32,686 nt of DNA from a virus (taxonomy: Duplodnaviria > Caudoviricetes): the IMG/VR virus record IMGVR_UViG_3300005263_000073, positions 1 to 32,686 of that record, one strand, 5' to 3'. Under the pieces are notes generated by a model. It did no database searches. It had not been told where the DNA came from and saw only the letters and a list, made by a program, of their open reading frames with translations. The position numbers were made by a program, and so were the translations under genes. Below are positions 1 to 8,429 of this stretch, one piece after another (the first letter of the stretch is position 1; each line of letters starts with the position of its first letter).

Positions 1-198
1 ATGAGCTTTAAACAGCTGACCCCGTTCGGTGTCAAAGTCAAAATGAAACTGATTGAAATACGGATGACCCAGAGTGAATTTTGTGAGCTTCACAAAATCC
101 CTATGAACCGGTTCAGCGAGATCCTGTATGGAAGCCGTCCTGGTACCAAATACCGGGACCTCATAGCTGCTGTTCTTGACATCAAAGAAGCAGCTTAG
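1..198 (+). CDS. Ner/Cro-like small HTH transcriptional regulator
   Basis: 65 aa, XRE-like HTH (MTQSEFCELHKIPMNRFSEILYG); position upstream of the transposase matches Mu ner. Confidence 0.75.
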   Translation: MSFKQLTPFGVKVKMKLIEIRMTQSEFCELHKIPMNRFSEILYGSRPGTKYRDLIAAVLDIKEAA

Positions 199-215
199 AA
201 AGGAGATGAAACATT

Positions 216-518
216 TTGCCTATGAAATTAAACCGGGCATCCCAAAAAGTGACGGATATCAGAGTCCAGATCGCGAAGGCAGACTTTATGGTCGAATACC
301 TGCAGGCAGAAATCCTTCAAAAGAAAGAAGAAGTACTGGCGATCGAGAACGATATCACAATTTTAAAAGCAAAGCAGCAAGGCATCAATGAAATCCTAAA
401 CACCGTGCAGGATGAACTTGAAAAACGTCTGACCCTGTTATTTGAATTACACAAAAAGGATGAAAAAGGCACCGTGCCGGTAGCAACAGCACAGTGCCAG
501 GAAACTAAGGTCGGTTAA
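216..518 (+). CDS. hypothetical coiled-coil phage protein
   Basis: AGGAG SD at 201-205, TTG start at 216; heptad-like helical sequence. Confidence 0.65.
   Translation: MPMKLNRASQKVTDIRVQIAKADFMVEYLQAEILQKKEEVLAIENDITILKAKQQGINEILNTVQDELEKRLTLLFELHKKDEKGTVPVATAQCQETKVG
463..498 (-). terminator. minus-strand intrinsic terminator
   Basis: Inverted repeat GGCACCGTGC (468-477) / GCACAGTGCC (489-498) with AAAAA at 463-467 (U-tract on the minus strand). Confidence 0.55.
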
Positions 519-533
519 AACCGACACAGAAAC
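463..533 (-). ncRNA. putative ~70 nt antisense sRNA (OOP-like)
   Basis: Bounded by a minus-strand promoter at 540-568 and terminator at 463-498; contains the palindrome GTCGGTT-AA-AACCGAC (510-525). Confidence 0.4.
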
Positions 534-539
534 ACTTTA

Positions 540-568
540 ATTCTACTACGTAAACTAGGCATCGACAA
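540..568 (-). promoter_or_regulatory. minus-strand sigma-A-like promoter
   Basis: Minus strand reads TTGTCG-N17-TAGAAT (plus strand cgacaa 563-568, attcta 540-545). Confidence 0.5.
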
Positions 569-588
569 CCAGGGAAGGAGGAAAGAGT

Positions 589-2643
589 TTGCCTGAAGAT
601 ATCTTTCTCACAATAGAAGAAGCCGCCGACTTGGAAGGCGTTAAATATAACACCTTATTGCATAGAATTCTCAGGAATCCTGAAGATTTCAACACAAAAT
701 CTATTATGGCTAAAAGCGGCGGCAAAGAGCGTGTACTGGTCGGGCTATCTTCCCTTAGTCCAAAAGCTCAGAAAGCATATGCCAAAAGTCAGACGGACGG
801 GATCATCAAGGAAATGATTGAAGATAAAACCTCCGGCAGCGTGCCCTGGTACATGGAAGTTGATCTTAACTGGTATATAGAAAACAACAAGCAGCAGTTT
901 TATGAAGCTGTAGAACTTTGCAACCGGATTGGTGAATTTATCATGTACCGGGGCAATAATAAAACCGAATTTGCAGAAAATCTTGCAAACAGTCTGGGGA
1001 TCAGTCAGCGGTCACTGTACGACTACTGTAAAAAATACGCCGAAGCTAACGCCTGGGCTGAGAAACAAGCCATGAAGGACGGGCAAAGCCACGATTACTT
1101 CAAAGTCCTGGCACTCTGCAGAAAGCCAAGCCAAAGATACAAATTTCCATCCCTTACCCTGGAAATGAGATCATTCATTAATAACCTTTGGTACGACAGA
1201 GAGTTTGCCCAGAATCAGGGGACCGTGGAAATGGCTTACACCAGGCTTGAGAAACAGGCTGCAGCATATAGCTGGGGAATCCCTTCCTACAGCACGGTTG
1301 CAAGGTATATCCAGTTCGAAATGAATGTCAACATGGGAGAGCCTGTCAGATATTATCAAGCTAACGGGGAAAGAGGCTTTAAGAGGGACAGAATGGTCAA
1401 AGCATCAAGAAATACTAAGGCGCTCCCGGTCATGGGCCTGATACAGGGCGATGGACATACTTTCGACTGCTGGGTGAAATACACCCATCCAAACGGTAAA
1501 GTATCAGCGATAAAACCGGTACTGGTCGGATTCGTTGATACAAGAACCAGAGTTCTTGTAGGAAGAAGAATCTGTCACCACTCCAACGCGCAGGTGATCA
1601 GACAAACGCTCATTGACATGATTTACACCTACGGAGTACCGGAATACATTCTGATCGATAATGGTAAGGATTTTACGGCCAAACAAATGACCGGTCGGAA
1701 TAGGAAAGATCGTATCAGCTTTGACAGTGAAACAATCGGATTTTATAAGAGCATCGGCATTAAAGATGATACGCGCAGCTTACCCTATCAACCTTGGTCA
1801 AAAGCCCAGGTGGAAAGACTTTTCGGAACCATATGCAGTAAATTTACAAAATGGCTGAGCAGCTACACCGGTACCCTAACGGGCCGGAGAACCGCTGCAA
1901 AGATCAATAAAGATATTCCAAAGCTCTTAGAAAAGGATCAGCTACTTTCCATGGAAGAGTTTGCAGCCCTATTCGACAAGTGGGTGAAGGAAGAATATCA
2001 CCAGGACGAACATAAGGGCCTGAAGAACATGAAGGAAGCGTACGGGAAGCCGATCGAGTTGTTTGAAAAGGCCGAAGAAAAATACATCAAAGCTCCCCCG
2101 CCCAGGTCCTATGCGGCAATGCTCATGATGAAAGCGGAAAGAGTCCACGTCTACAATATCGGCATCCGGAAATTTGGTTATGAATACAGGGCACCAGAAC
2201 TTTGTGACTATATTGACAAGAAAGTAGATATTAAATGGGATGAGAGCGATATCACCAGGCTTTATGTCTACACCCCGGAAGGCCAAAAAATCTGCGAAGC
2301 GGAAAGCCAGGAACTGCTGCTGATCGCCCCCAAAGTACCGCAAAAGGCTTTGGAAGAACATATGAAAATGCAGAAACAGCAGCTTAAGAATATCCGGGCA
2401 AGGGCTAACGAATACACCACTCCCCTGGAAGAACTGGCTGAGAATTACAACGGTCACAAAAGTACTTTCGGGTTTACGATCGGCAATGAGCCGGCGAAAA
2501 ATGACAAGCTCATAACCCTGCCGACAGATAAACAGTTCCGGGATGACACGATGGAAAAGAAAGCGCGGAAATTGCGTAAAGAAAACGGATATTTCAAAGA
2601 GCAGGCTGAAGAAGCCCTGCAAAAATTAAGAAATTTGAGTTAG
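589..2643 (+). CDS. Mu-like DDE transposase (MuA) with Mu transposase C-terminal domain
   Basis: 684 aa; N-terminal HTH, catalytic motifs QGDGHTFD / LIDNGKDF / KAQVERLFG, C-terminal VDIKWDESDITRLYVY; strong SD AAGGAGG. Confidence 0.95.
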   Translation: MPEDIFLTIEEAADLEGVKYNTLLHRILRNPEDFNTKSIMAKSGGKERVLVGLSSLSPKAQKAYAKSQTDGIIKEMIEDKTSGSVPWYMEVDLNWYIENNKQQFYEAVELCNRIGEFIMYRGNNKTEFAENLANSLGISQRSLYDYCKKYAEANAWAEKQAMKDGQSHDYFKVLALCRKPSQRYKFPSLTLEMRSFINNLWYDREFAQNQGTVEMAYTRLEKQAAAYSWGIPSYSTVARYIQFEMNVNMGEPVRYYQANGERGFKRDRMVKASRNTKALPVMGLIQGDGHTFDCWVKYTHPNGKVSAIKPVLVGFVDTRTRVLVGRRICHHSNAQVIRQTLIDMIYTYGVPEYILIDNGKDFTAKQMTGRNRKDRISFDSETIGFYKSIGIKDDTRSLPYQPWSKAQVERLFGTICSKFTKWLSSYTGTLTGRRTAAKINKDIPKLLEKDQLLSMEEFAALFDKWVKEEYHQDEHKGLKNMKEAYGKPIELFEKAEEKYIKAPPPRSYAAMLMMKAERVHVYNIGIRKFGYEYRAPELCDYIDKKVDIKWDESDITRLYVYTPEGQKICEAESQELLLIAPKVPQKALEEHMKMQKQQLKNIRARANEYTTPLEELAENYNGHKSTFGFTIGNEPAKNDKLITLPTDKQFRDDTMEKKARKLRKENGYFKEQAEEALQKLRNLS

Positions 2644-2659
2644 ATGGAGGAATTTAGAG

Positions 2660-3619
2660 ATGGAAGTAGCAGCCATTTATCCAATAATCACCGGCGATCA
2701 GCAGCTGATCGACAAGGCTAATGAGTATATCAAGGCTAAAGGAATCAGCAAAGAAGAGTTTGCCAAAGAGATTAGCTATTCAAGACCGGCGGTGTCTCAG
2801 TTTTTAAACGGAAAATACGAGTCAAAATCCGGAGATATCAGAGAGCGGATCGCCGCCCACCTGAATATCACCCAGAACAATTCTTCGATCCTGAAACCGG
2901 TAGAAATCAAAAAGCCATCCTTTTTTGAGAGCCGGGACGCAGCCAATATTATTGGTGTCTGCAATTCATGCCAAAAGTACAGCGGACTTGGCGCTATCGT
3001 TGGCAAGAGTGGGTTTGGAAAAACCTTCACACTTGAATACTACGGAAAATTGCCGAAGGTAGCCTATGTTGTTTGTAATGACGCCATGAATTCCAAGGAC
3101 CTGCTGGCGAAGATTGAGCGGTCCATCGGGCTGCCAATCGGAACGGGAACCAATGACATGCGTGCCAATAAAATCTGTGAATTCTTTGATATCAACCGGG
3201 GCTATCTGCTCATTATCGACGAGGCCGACAAGCTCCTAGGAAAATACACCCAGAAGAAAATGGAGATCCTGCGCGGTATTTTTGACGGGGCAAAAGTCGG
3301 GATGATCGTAGCCGGCGAAGAGCAGCTGGAAAGCCTGATTAAATCCTATATCCCCCGGTTTGCCAACAGAATAGAGTTCTACTACAAAATGAAAGGTCTT
3401 ACAGCAGAGGAAATCAGAGAATATCTGGGAAGCCTGGGACCAGAATTCAGCGAAGACGTAATCCAGGAGATCATCCGGCGCGGCACCAACCTAAGAACGG
3501 GATGCTTCAGGCTCTTTGACAGGACATTAAACAATATCCTCCGGATCCTGGATGGAGACGCAAGCAAGCCGGTAGCTCTGCAAGTCCTGGATAAAGCCAG
3601 TGAAATGATGATGCTGTAG
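2660..3619 (+). CDS. MuB-like transposition AAA+ ATPase with N-terminal HTH
   Basis: Walker A GKSGFGKT, Walker B LLIIDEAD, directly after MuA. Confidence 0.93.
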   Translation: MEVAAIYPIITGDQQLIDKANEYIKAKGISKEEFAKEISYSRPAVSQFLNGKYESKSGDIRERIAAHLNITQNNSSILKPVEIKKPSFFESRDAANIIGVCNSCQKYSGLGAIVGKSGFGKTFTLEYYGKLPKVAYVVCNDAMNSKDLLAKIERSIGLPIGTGTNDMRANKICEFFDINRGYLLIIDEADKLLGKYTQKKMEILRGIFDGAKVGMIVAGEEQLESLIKSYIPRFANRIEFYYKMKGLTAEEIREYLGSLGPEFSEDVIQEIIRRGTNLRTGCFRLFDRTLNNILRILDGDASKPVALQVLDKASEMMML

Positions 3620-3631
3620 GGAGGATTTTAG

Positions 3632-3787
3632 ATGAAGCACGGCAAGAACCCGACTAGAAAACAAAAGGTAATGCTTAAGGACTCCGGTCTTAATCCGGAG
3701 AACTGGTTGGTAGTTCGAAATACTGCCGGCCAATTGCAATTGATTAACCGAGCAACGGGCAGGCAGCGGGTGATCCTGTATGGCTGA
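3632..3787 (+). CDS. small phage protein (DUF6906-like), 51 aa, not in the ORF track
   Basis: SD GGAGG, ATG 3632; MKHGKNPTRKQKVMLKDSGLNPENWLVVRNTAGQLQLINRATGRQRVILYG; overlaps the next start. Confidence 0.75.
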   Translation: MKHGKNPTRKQKVMLKDSGLNPENWLVVRNTAGQLQLINRATGRQRVILYG

Positions 3788-4196
3788 AAATGAGATTCTT
3801 GGCAGTAAGAATATTGAACAGCTCAGGGACGCTATTGAGCACATTATAAAGACCTGCAGCCTGGATAAAGAAGAGCTTGTCTATAAAGAAAAAGAGCTGC
3901 AGGACCTGCTCCATGAAATAGAGTTTTCCGAGAGCTGCGACAGTAACTACTTTGAAGCCTTTATCTTTAAACTTCAGCAGCACCGGCGGGAACGACGGAA
4001 GCTGAAGGATGAACTGTTTATCATAGAGCCGGTCGCGGAGCTGCTTAGAGAAAAATATCCCAACCTGATTAACGACCTTAACAAGGTGCTGGGCAGATGC
4101 CGCAAGGGTGAAGAAAACATCCAGAACAGGATCTACACTCCCAGGACAACAATCTTGAGGCAGCTCTTGGAAAATGAGGATTTTAAAGAAGCTTAA
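3780..4196 (+). CDS. hypothetical phage protein (coiled-coil, QDLLHEIE...RRKLKDE...YTPRT family)
   Basis: 138 aa ORF translationally coupled within the early operon. Confidence 0.75.
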   Translation: MAENEILGSKNIEQLRDAIEHIIKTCSLDKEELVYKEKELQDLLHEIEFSESCDSNYFEAFIFKLQQHRRERRKLKDELFIIEPVAELLREKYPNLINDLNKVLGRCRKGEENIQNRIYTPRTTILRQLLENEDFKEA

Positions 4197-4212
4197 TGCA
4201 AGGAGGGTGTCA

Positions 4213-4557
4213 ATGAGAACCATATCAATTGATATTTCTGAACGGTTGGAAGAGTTGCTGACTCAGTTTCATCATACGGATACGATGGCAACGAACAGGC
4301 CCCTTTTCATCGTCCGGGACAGATTGGACTGTTGTGAAGACTGCGATCCGGATTGTGACGGCGAACGGTGTATGGAACATGTTGATAAGTCATTTCATTT
4401 CTCTTTGGAGGAGGCCCGAAAATACCTGGTATATCAAGGGCATAATCTTTCAGATCCGTATATTTTTGGTCATTCTCCAGGCTATTCCAATGAAGGAGAC
4501 TTTATCCCGTTTTACGATCTATTGAAAAGCATTGCCGAAAAGCTTGAAAGAAGGTGA
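4213..4557 (+). CDS. hypothetical phage protein, weakly Ead/Ea22-associated domain-like
   Basis: SD AAGGAGG before ATG 4213; motifs TNRPLFIV and YLVYQGHNLSDPYIF; Cys/Asp-rich insert. Confidence 0.65.
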   Translation: MRTISIDISERLEELLTQFHHTDTMATNRPLFIVRDRLDCCEDCDPDCDGERCMEHVDKSFHFSLEEARKYLVYQGHNLSDPYIFGHSPGYSNEGDFIPFYDLLKSIAEKLERR

Positions 4558-4838
4558 AGGTATTGTCCCGGAAAAAGAACAAGAAAACCAAGGCTCAGGA
4601 TAGATTCCTACGCGAACAAGAACCGGTTCAGGATATACCTCAAAGTCAGTATTCAAATCCCATTATTGGGTTGGCTAGGTTATTTGAATTCCTTGGAAGC
4701 TGCCAAAACTTCCCGGTAAACGTGAGGGCTGCAGCGTGTGTTTCCGGAATTCCCGAAGATGAAGTACGCAGAATTCTACAAGGTTCCCTGTACTATTTTG
4801 TTTGGAAAGACGATATTTCAAACTGCCGAACGGCTTAA
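4554..4838 (+). CDS. hypothetical phage protein (possible C-terminal HTH)
   Basis: GTGA overlap with the upstream stop; VRAAACVSGIPEDEVRRIL resembles an HTH. Confidence 0.55.
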   Translation: MKVLSRKKNKKTKAQDRFLREQEPVQDIPQSQYSNPIIGLARLFEFLGSCQNFPVNVRAAACVSGIPEDEVRRILQGSLYYFVWKDDISNCRTA

Positions 4839-4850
4839 GGAGGAAAAACG

Positions 4851-5735
4851 ATGTTTAAAGTATGTATTGACCCAGGACACAATGAAATTGGAGCAGATAC
4901 GGGTGCCAGATCCAAAAATCTGGTCGAGGAGATTCTGACCATATTGATTGCGAAGAAGATTAAAAAAGGGTTGGAAGCCCAGGGTAACTTCACAGTAATA
5001 ATGACTCGTGAAGGCCAGACTGTTAACGGCCCAGCCACTACCCTTCTCGACTCACTGCGAACCAGGTGCAGGATAGCGAATGAGGCCGGCGCAGATCTGT
5101 TTGTATCGGTCCATATCAATGCTGGCGGCGGTACAGGCTCCGAGGTGCTTATCTATAGTGCCGGCGGCAAGGCTGAAGCTTGCGCCAAGATCATGGCCCC
5201 GCTGATTGCCGACGCCGGCTCTTGGCCAAACCGGGGAGTCAAAACACAGAACGTCCATGTTTTGAGAGAAACCACCATGCCGGCTATCCTTACTGAAAAC
5301 GGCTTCATTGACAGCGACAAGGATTATCAGAAGTTACTCAAAGACATTGTCCTTCAGGATATCGCCGACGCCCATGTACTGGGAATATGCAATTTCTTTG
5401 GTGTCCAGTTTAGAACTGCCACAACAGCTGCAGCAGCAGTCACGGCATCGACACCCCGGGCCGCAGCGCTTCCTTTCCTGATTATATTCTCAGGTGAAGC
5501 TGAATACCGGGTAATGCCCTATTTACAGGAAGTCATGAAAGCCCCGGCAATTCCCCTGGCAGCCATTTCTGAAACAGTGGTCAATGCGTCCCAGAAGCTT
5601 ATCGGGATCGGTGGAGAACCTGAAGATTATGTGCTCGCCGGCAAGAAACTCACCCTATACAAGCATTTCACCGGCAGTGGCCGGATAGAGACCGCTGAAG
5701 AAGTGATCAAGGCCGCCAAAGGAGGAGTATCATGA
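4851..5735 (+). CDS. N-acetylmuramoyl-L-alanine amidase (Amidase_3) endolysin with C-terminal cell-wall-binding domain
   Basis: IDPGH, FVSVHINA, PAILTENGFID zinc-amidase motifs; Ala/Thr linker; CTD ending TGSGRIETAEEV resembles clostridial endolysin binding domains. Confidence 0.92.
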   Translation: MFKVCIDPGHNEIGADTGARSKNLVEEILTILIAKKIKKGLEAQGNFTVIMTREGQTVNGPATTLLDSLRTRCRIANEAGADLFVSVHINAGGGTGSEVLIYSAGGKAEACAKIMAPLIADAGSWPNRGVKTQNVHVLRETTMPAILTENGFIDSDKDYQKLLKDIVLQDIADAHVLGICNFFGVQFRTATTAAAAVTASTPRAAALPFLIIFSGEAEYRVMPYLQEVMKAPAIPLAAISETVVNASQKLIGIGGEPEDYVLAGKKLTLYKHFTGSGRIETAEEVIKAAKGGVS

Positions 5736-5916
5736 GCCAGCTGGATAATACCCTCAAAAGAGAAATCCTTGAAAGATCCTGCAAAGGTTCAAGGAAGACG
5801 AAGTGCAAAGAGCAGAAACCCTGAATGATATCCTCCGGGTTCTAAGATCAACCTGCGAGAACTGTCCACACCGTACCCGGAGGCCAGAAAGTCTGAAGAA
5901 CGCCGAAACATGTTAA
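5732..5916 (+). pseudogene. small gene apparently split by a 1-nt frameshift
   Basis: SD GGAGGA + ATG 5732 gives MSQLDNTLKREILE; the -1 frame from ~5773 continues KILQRFKEDEVQRAETLNDILRVLRSTCENCPHR... to TAA 5914-5916. Confidence 0.45.
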
Positions 5917-5958
5917 GTGATATCGAAGGAGAATCTTAATTTTAAGGAGGGCGCAAAA

Positions 5959-6120
5959 ATGCCAATGACCGCTAAAGATATAACCCAGTGGAACTACGTT
6001 CCGGTTAGAAAAATTCAGGAAATGCACAATCTGACCGGCGCTTGTTTTGAAATCAAAAACGGTACAATAATAGATTTTTTCTATGAAAATAAGGCGGAAG
6101 GAGCAAATGCAAATGGCTAA
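5959..6120 (+). CDS. hypothetical small phage protein
   Basis: SD AAGGAGG before ATG 5959. Confidence 0.6.
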   Translation: MPMTAKDITQWNYVPVRKIQEMHNLTGACFEIKNGTIIDFFYENKAEGANANG

Positions 6121-6379
6121 ATCAACAAATGTTCGAAACAAAATGATATCCAAGAACGGCGGGATAACCATCCCGTCTGACATCCGGCGTGAATATAACA
6201 GCTTCCTTGGGGGTGAGGCTGTTGATCTGGAAGTCCAAGACGGAAAAATCATCCTCTCCCCTCATACCCCAAGGTGTATGTTCTGCGACAGTATTGAGGA
6301 TGTCAAAAAATTTGAAGACCGACAGATTTGCGGGGCATGCATTGTCCGGATGTCAAAGGAGGCGAAGCCCAGTGACTGA
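6113..6379 (+). CDS. AbrB/MazE/SpoVT family DNA-binding protein with AbrB C-terminal CxxC..CxxC domain
   Basis: KNGGITIPSDIRRE...VDLEVQDGKIILSP swapped-hairpin motif plus CMFC...ICGAC as in Firmicute AbrB/Abh. Confidence 0.85.
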   Translation: MAKSTNVRNKMISKNGGITIPSDIRREYNSFLGGEAVDLEVQDGKIILSPHTPRCMFCDSIEDVKKFEDRQICGACIVRMSKEAKPSD

Positions 6380-7031
6380 AAATAAGATCAAGGCCATGGT
6401 GGATGAAATTGCCAAATGGTCAAAGCTTTCTGATGAATGCAAGCAGGAATTAGAGAGACTGAAGGGTGAATTTCAAAAATTAGGGGCCGATGCGCTCAGC
6501 GATACAAAACTCAAACAAGTTGAATTCTGGGGAACCGGCAATGCCAAAGTTGTTGTTACCCATAGTGAAACTGTCAAGGTTTTCTCTCATACCTTCCTGC
6601 TTCAAACGCTGGATCAGTTGCTTAAAGATTTCTCTAAAGAAAAAATAACCTATGAGTACTCTGATCCGTTTAAACGTATTCTGGCGGCTATCTGCCAGGG
6701 AAACTACGTAGAACAATCCTTGGATGAGGCGATCTCGCAAATTACCGAGGATGACAAAACTAAAAAGGCCCTGAAAAAGAAACTGAAAGGCAATTGGGAA
6801 AAGGATATTCAAACCTTGATGAGCCTCACCAGTATGAAGGGAAAAGAAGCAGAACACTATGCATATTTCATCCGGGAAATCATTAACTGGGAAAAGATAG
6901 TTCACCTTTTAGAAGCCGCCGGGCATCATAGGAATACCAATGATTTTGACATAGCGCTTAAAGCCATAAAACATGCTGTTATCGTTGAAGAAGGAGTAAA
7001 AGTCGGGATCGAAACAGATGAGGTGGCCTGA
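6372..7031 (+). CDS. hypothetical phage protein at the Gam-like position
   Basis: SD AAGGAGG, GTG start 6372; helical N-terminus; lies just before gemA as gam does in Mu-like phages (function inferred only). Confidence 0.7.
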   Translation: MTENKIKAMVDEIAKWSKLSDECKQELERLKGEFQKLGADALSDTKLKQVEFWGTGNAKVVVTHSETVKVFSHTFLLQTLDQLLKDFSKEKITYEYSDPFKRILAAICQGNYVEQSLDEAISQITEDDKTKKALKKKLKGNWEKDIQTLMSLTSMKGKEAEHYAYFIREIINWEKIVHLLEAAGHHRNTNDFDIALKAIKHAVIVEEGVKVGIETDEVA

Positions 7032-7032
7032 T

Positions 7033-7473
7033 ATGGCCAGAGCAGTATTGAAAGATCGCAACCAAATGATCAGACAGATCTGGGGGATGGCTAAAAACGA
7101 CCTGGGCATGACTGAAGATGATGTCAGGGCCGCAATGTATCAGGCAACCGGCAAAGAAAGTATGCGGATGTGCGATGACAAGGAACTTTACCAGATATTA
7201 TGCCACTTGGGAAGAATAAAGGATTTGCAGAACACCCCGCCGGGTAAAGCAACTCCCCAGCAGCTTTGGAAGATCCAGCAGCTGGAACAAAAGCTGGGAT
7301 GGACCAATAATCCAAAACGCTTAAGAAAATTCATGGAAAAATACTCAGGCGTTGAAAAGCTGGAATGGCTGGAATTTGAACAGGCATCCGGGCTGATTGA
7401 ATCTCTGAAAAAAGTGCTTAGACGGGAAACACGCAGCAAGAAAGATTCGCAAAAAATCCTGCAAAAATGTTGA
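7033..7473 (+). CDS. gemA: Mu gp16/GemA (DUF1018) regulatory protein
   Basis: IWGMAKNDLGMTEDDVR...TGKESMR and RLRKFMEKYSGVEKLEWL...ASGLIESLKK signature; precedes mor. Confidence 0.85.
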   Translation: MARAVLKDRNQMIRQIWGMAKNDLGMTEDDVRAAMYQATGKESMRMCDDKELYQILCHLGRIKDLQNTPPGKATPQQLWKIQQLEQKLGWTNNPKRLRKFMEKYSGVEKLEWLEFEQASGLIESLKKVLRRETRSKKDSQKILQKC

Positions 7474-7518
7474 GCTTGACTTTTCCCTTTCAAATCCTGT
7501 ATAAAGGAGGTAATTGGT

Positions 7519-7839
7519 TTGACCTATGAAGAATGGATGGATGAGATAATAATCGAAGACCTTCCCTCTTGCTATAGAGAAATGGTTGAATTGATAGGAT
7601 TCTCGAATACCCTGAAGCTTGCCGATAAATACCAGGGAACCGGATTTTACTTTCACAAGCTTGACTCAGCCATCCAGGAAGCCCGGAATAAAAGGATCAA
7701 GGCAGAGTTTGACGGAAGTAACCAAAAAGATCTGGCAAGGAAATACCGGTTATCGGAGGTATGGATCCGGCAGATATTAGCTGACCAGGGATATGATGAA
7801 AACCAGCTCACCCTATTCGAAAATGCCCAAGCTTTATAA
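7519..7839 (+). CDS. mor: Mor/C family transcription activator
   Basis: ARNKRIKAEFDGSNQKDLARKYRLSEVWIRQIL HTH signature; SD AAGGAGG. Confidence 0.92.
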   Translation: MTYEEWMDEIIIEDLPSCYREMVELIGFSNTLKLADKYQGTGFYFHKLDSAIQEARNKRIKAEFDGSNQKDLARKYRLSEVWIRQILADQGYDENQLTLFENAQAL

Positions 7840-7850
7840 ACTAAATTTCT

Positions 7851-7879
7851 AAAGTACTTTTCTCGAAGACTTAAGTCTT
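7851..7879. promoter_or_regulatory. dyad-symmetry sites, candidate Mor-dependent promoter region
   Basis: Perfect palindromes AAAGTACTTT (7851-7860) and AAGACTTAAGTCTT (7866-7879) directly downstream of mor. Confidence 0.45.
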
Positions 7880-7889
7880 TGCAATATAC

Positions 7890-7920
7890 AATCCCAGTAT
7901 AAACTGGGATTTTTTATTTT
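7890..7920 (+). terminator. intrinsic terminator closing the early operon
   Basis: AATCCCAGT-ATAA-ACTGGGATT followed by a T-rich tract. Confidence 0.8.
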
Positions 7921-7945
7921 GCTTAAATTTAAGGAGGAATGCCCG

Positions 7946-8422
7946 ATGCCGGCGGAAATCACTACCCTGATAACCCAAGTATTATCCAATCTGGCCCTTG
8001 TAATTGTTGCCCTTTTGGGAGCGTTGATCTCTTTGTATGTCAAGAAAGGGATTAAGAAACTCCAGGCCGAGACTCAAAAGATTAATGATGAAGCAACCAG
8101 AACTGTTTTTGATGCTGCGCTCAGCAGGTTGAATGATGTTGCCTTAAAGACGGTCAATGCGATTGAGCAAACGACCAAGAAAGACATCCTGAAAGCTGTA
8201 AGCGATGGAACGGCCAGCCGCGATCAGTTAAAGAATCTTGCTTTTGATGCTTATGAAGAAATAGTAGCAACTCTCGAACCGGAATACAGGAATCTACTCG
8301 AAGGCTCGTTGGGTGACGCCCAGACCTATATCATGAACCTGATTGAAGAAAAGCTTGAGGAAATCAAAACCAAGAAATTAGTTATCGATTTGGGGAATAC
8401 CTCCCCTGAAGTAACCGTTTAG
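7946..8422 (+). CDS. phage holin (LL-H family-like)
   Basis: Single N-terminal TM helix, then a helical domain (VNAIEQ...IEEKL); first gene after mor; SD AAGGAGG. Confidence 0.65.
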   Translation: MPAEITTLITQVLSNLALVIVALLGALISLYVKKGIKKLQAETQKINDEATRTVFDAALSRLNDVALKTVNAIEQTTKKDILKAVSDGTASRDQLKNLAFDAYEEIVATLEPEYRNLLEGSLGDAQTYIMNLIEEKLEEIKTKKLVIDLGNTSPEVTV

Positions 8423-8429
8423 GGGGATA

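Noticed and set aside
1969-2622. Long minus-strand ORF (217 aa) and other antisense ORFs across the prophage
   Set aside because: Shadows of well-supported + strand genes with no recognisable motifs
5420-5500. Internal translation start producing a free endolysin C-terminal domain (as in CTP1L/CD27L)
   Set aside because: No SD plus in-frame start codon visible in the linker before the C-terminal domain
6113-7031. AbrB/MazE antitoxin plus toxin pair
   Set aside because: The downstream protein shows no MazF, PIN or Fic features, and the AbrB has the Cys4 domain of transition-state regulators
7476-7505. Sigma-A promoter TTGACT-N18-TATAAA before mor
   Set aside because: The predicted start site would fall downstream of the mor SD (7505-7510); cannot be supported without TSS data
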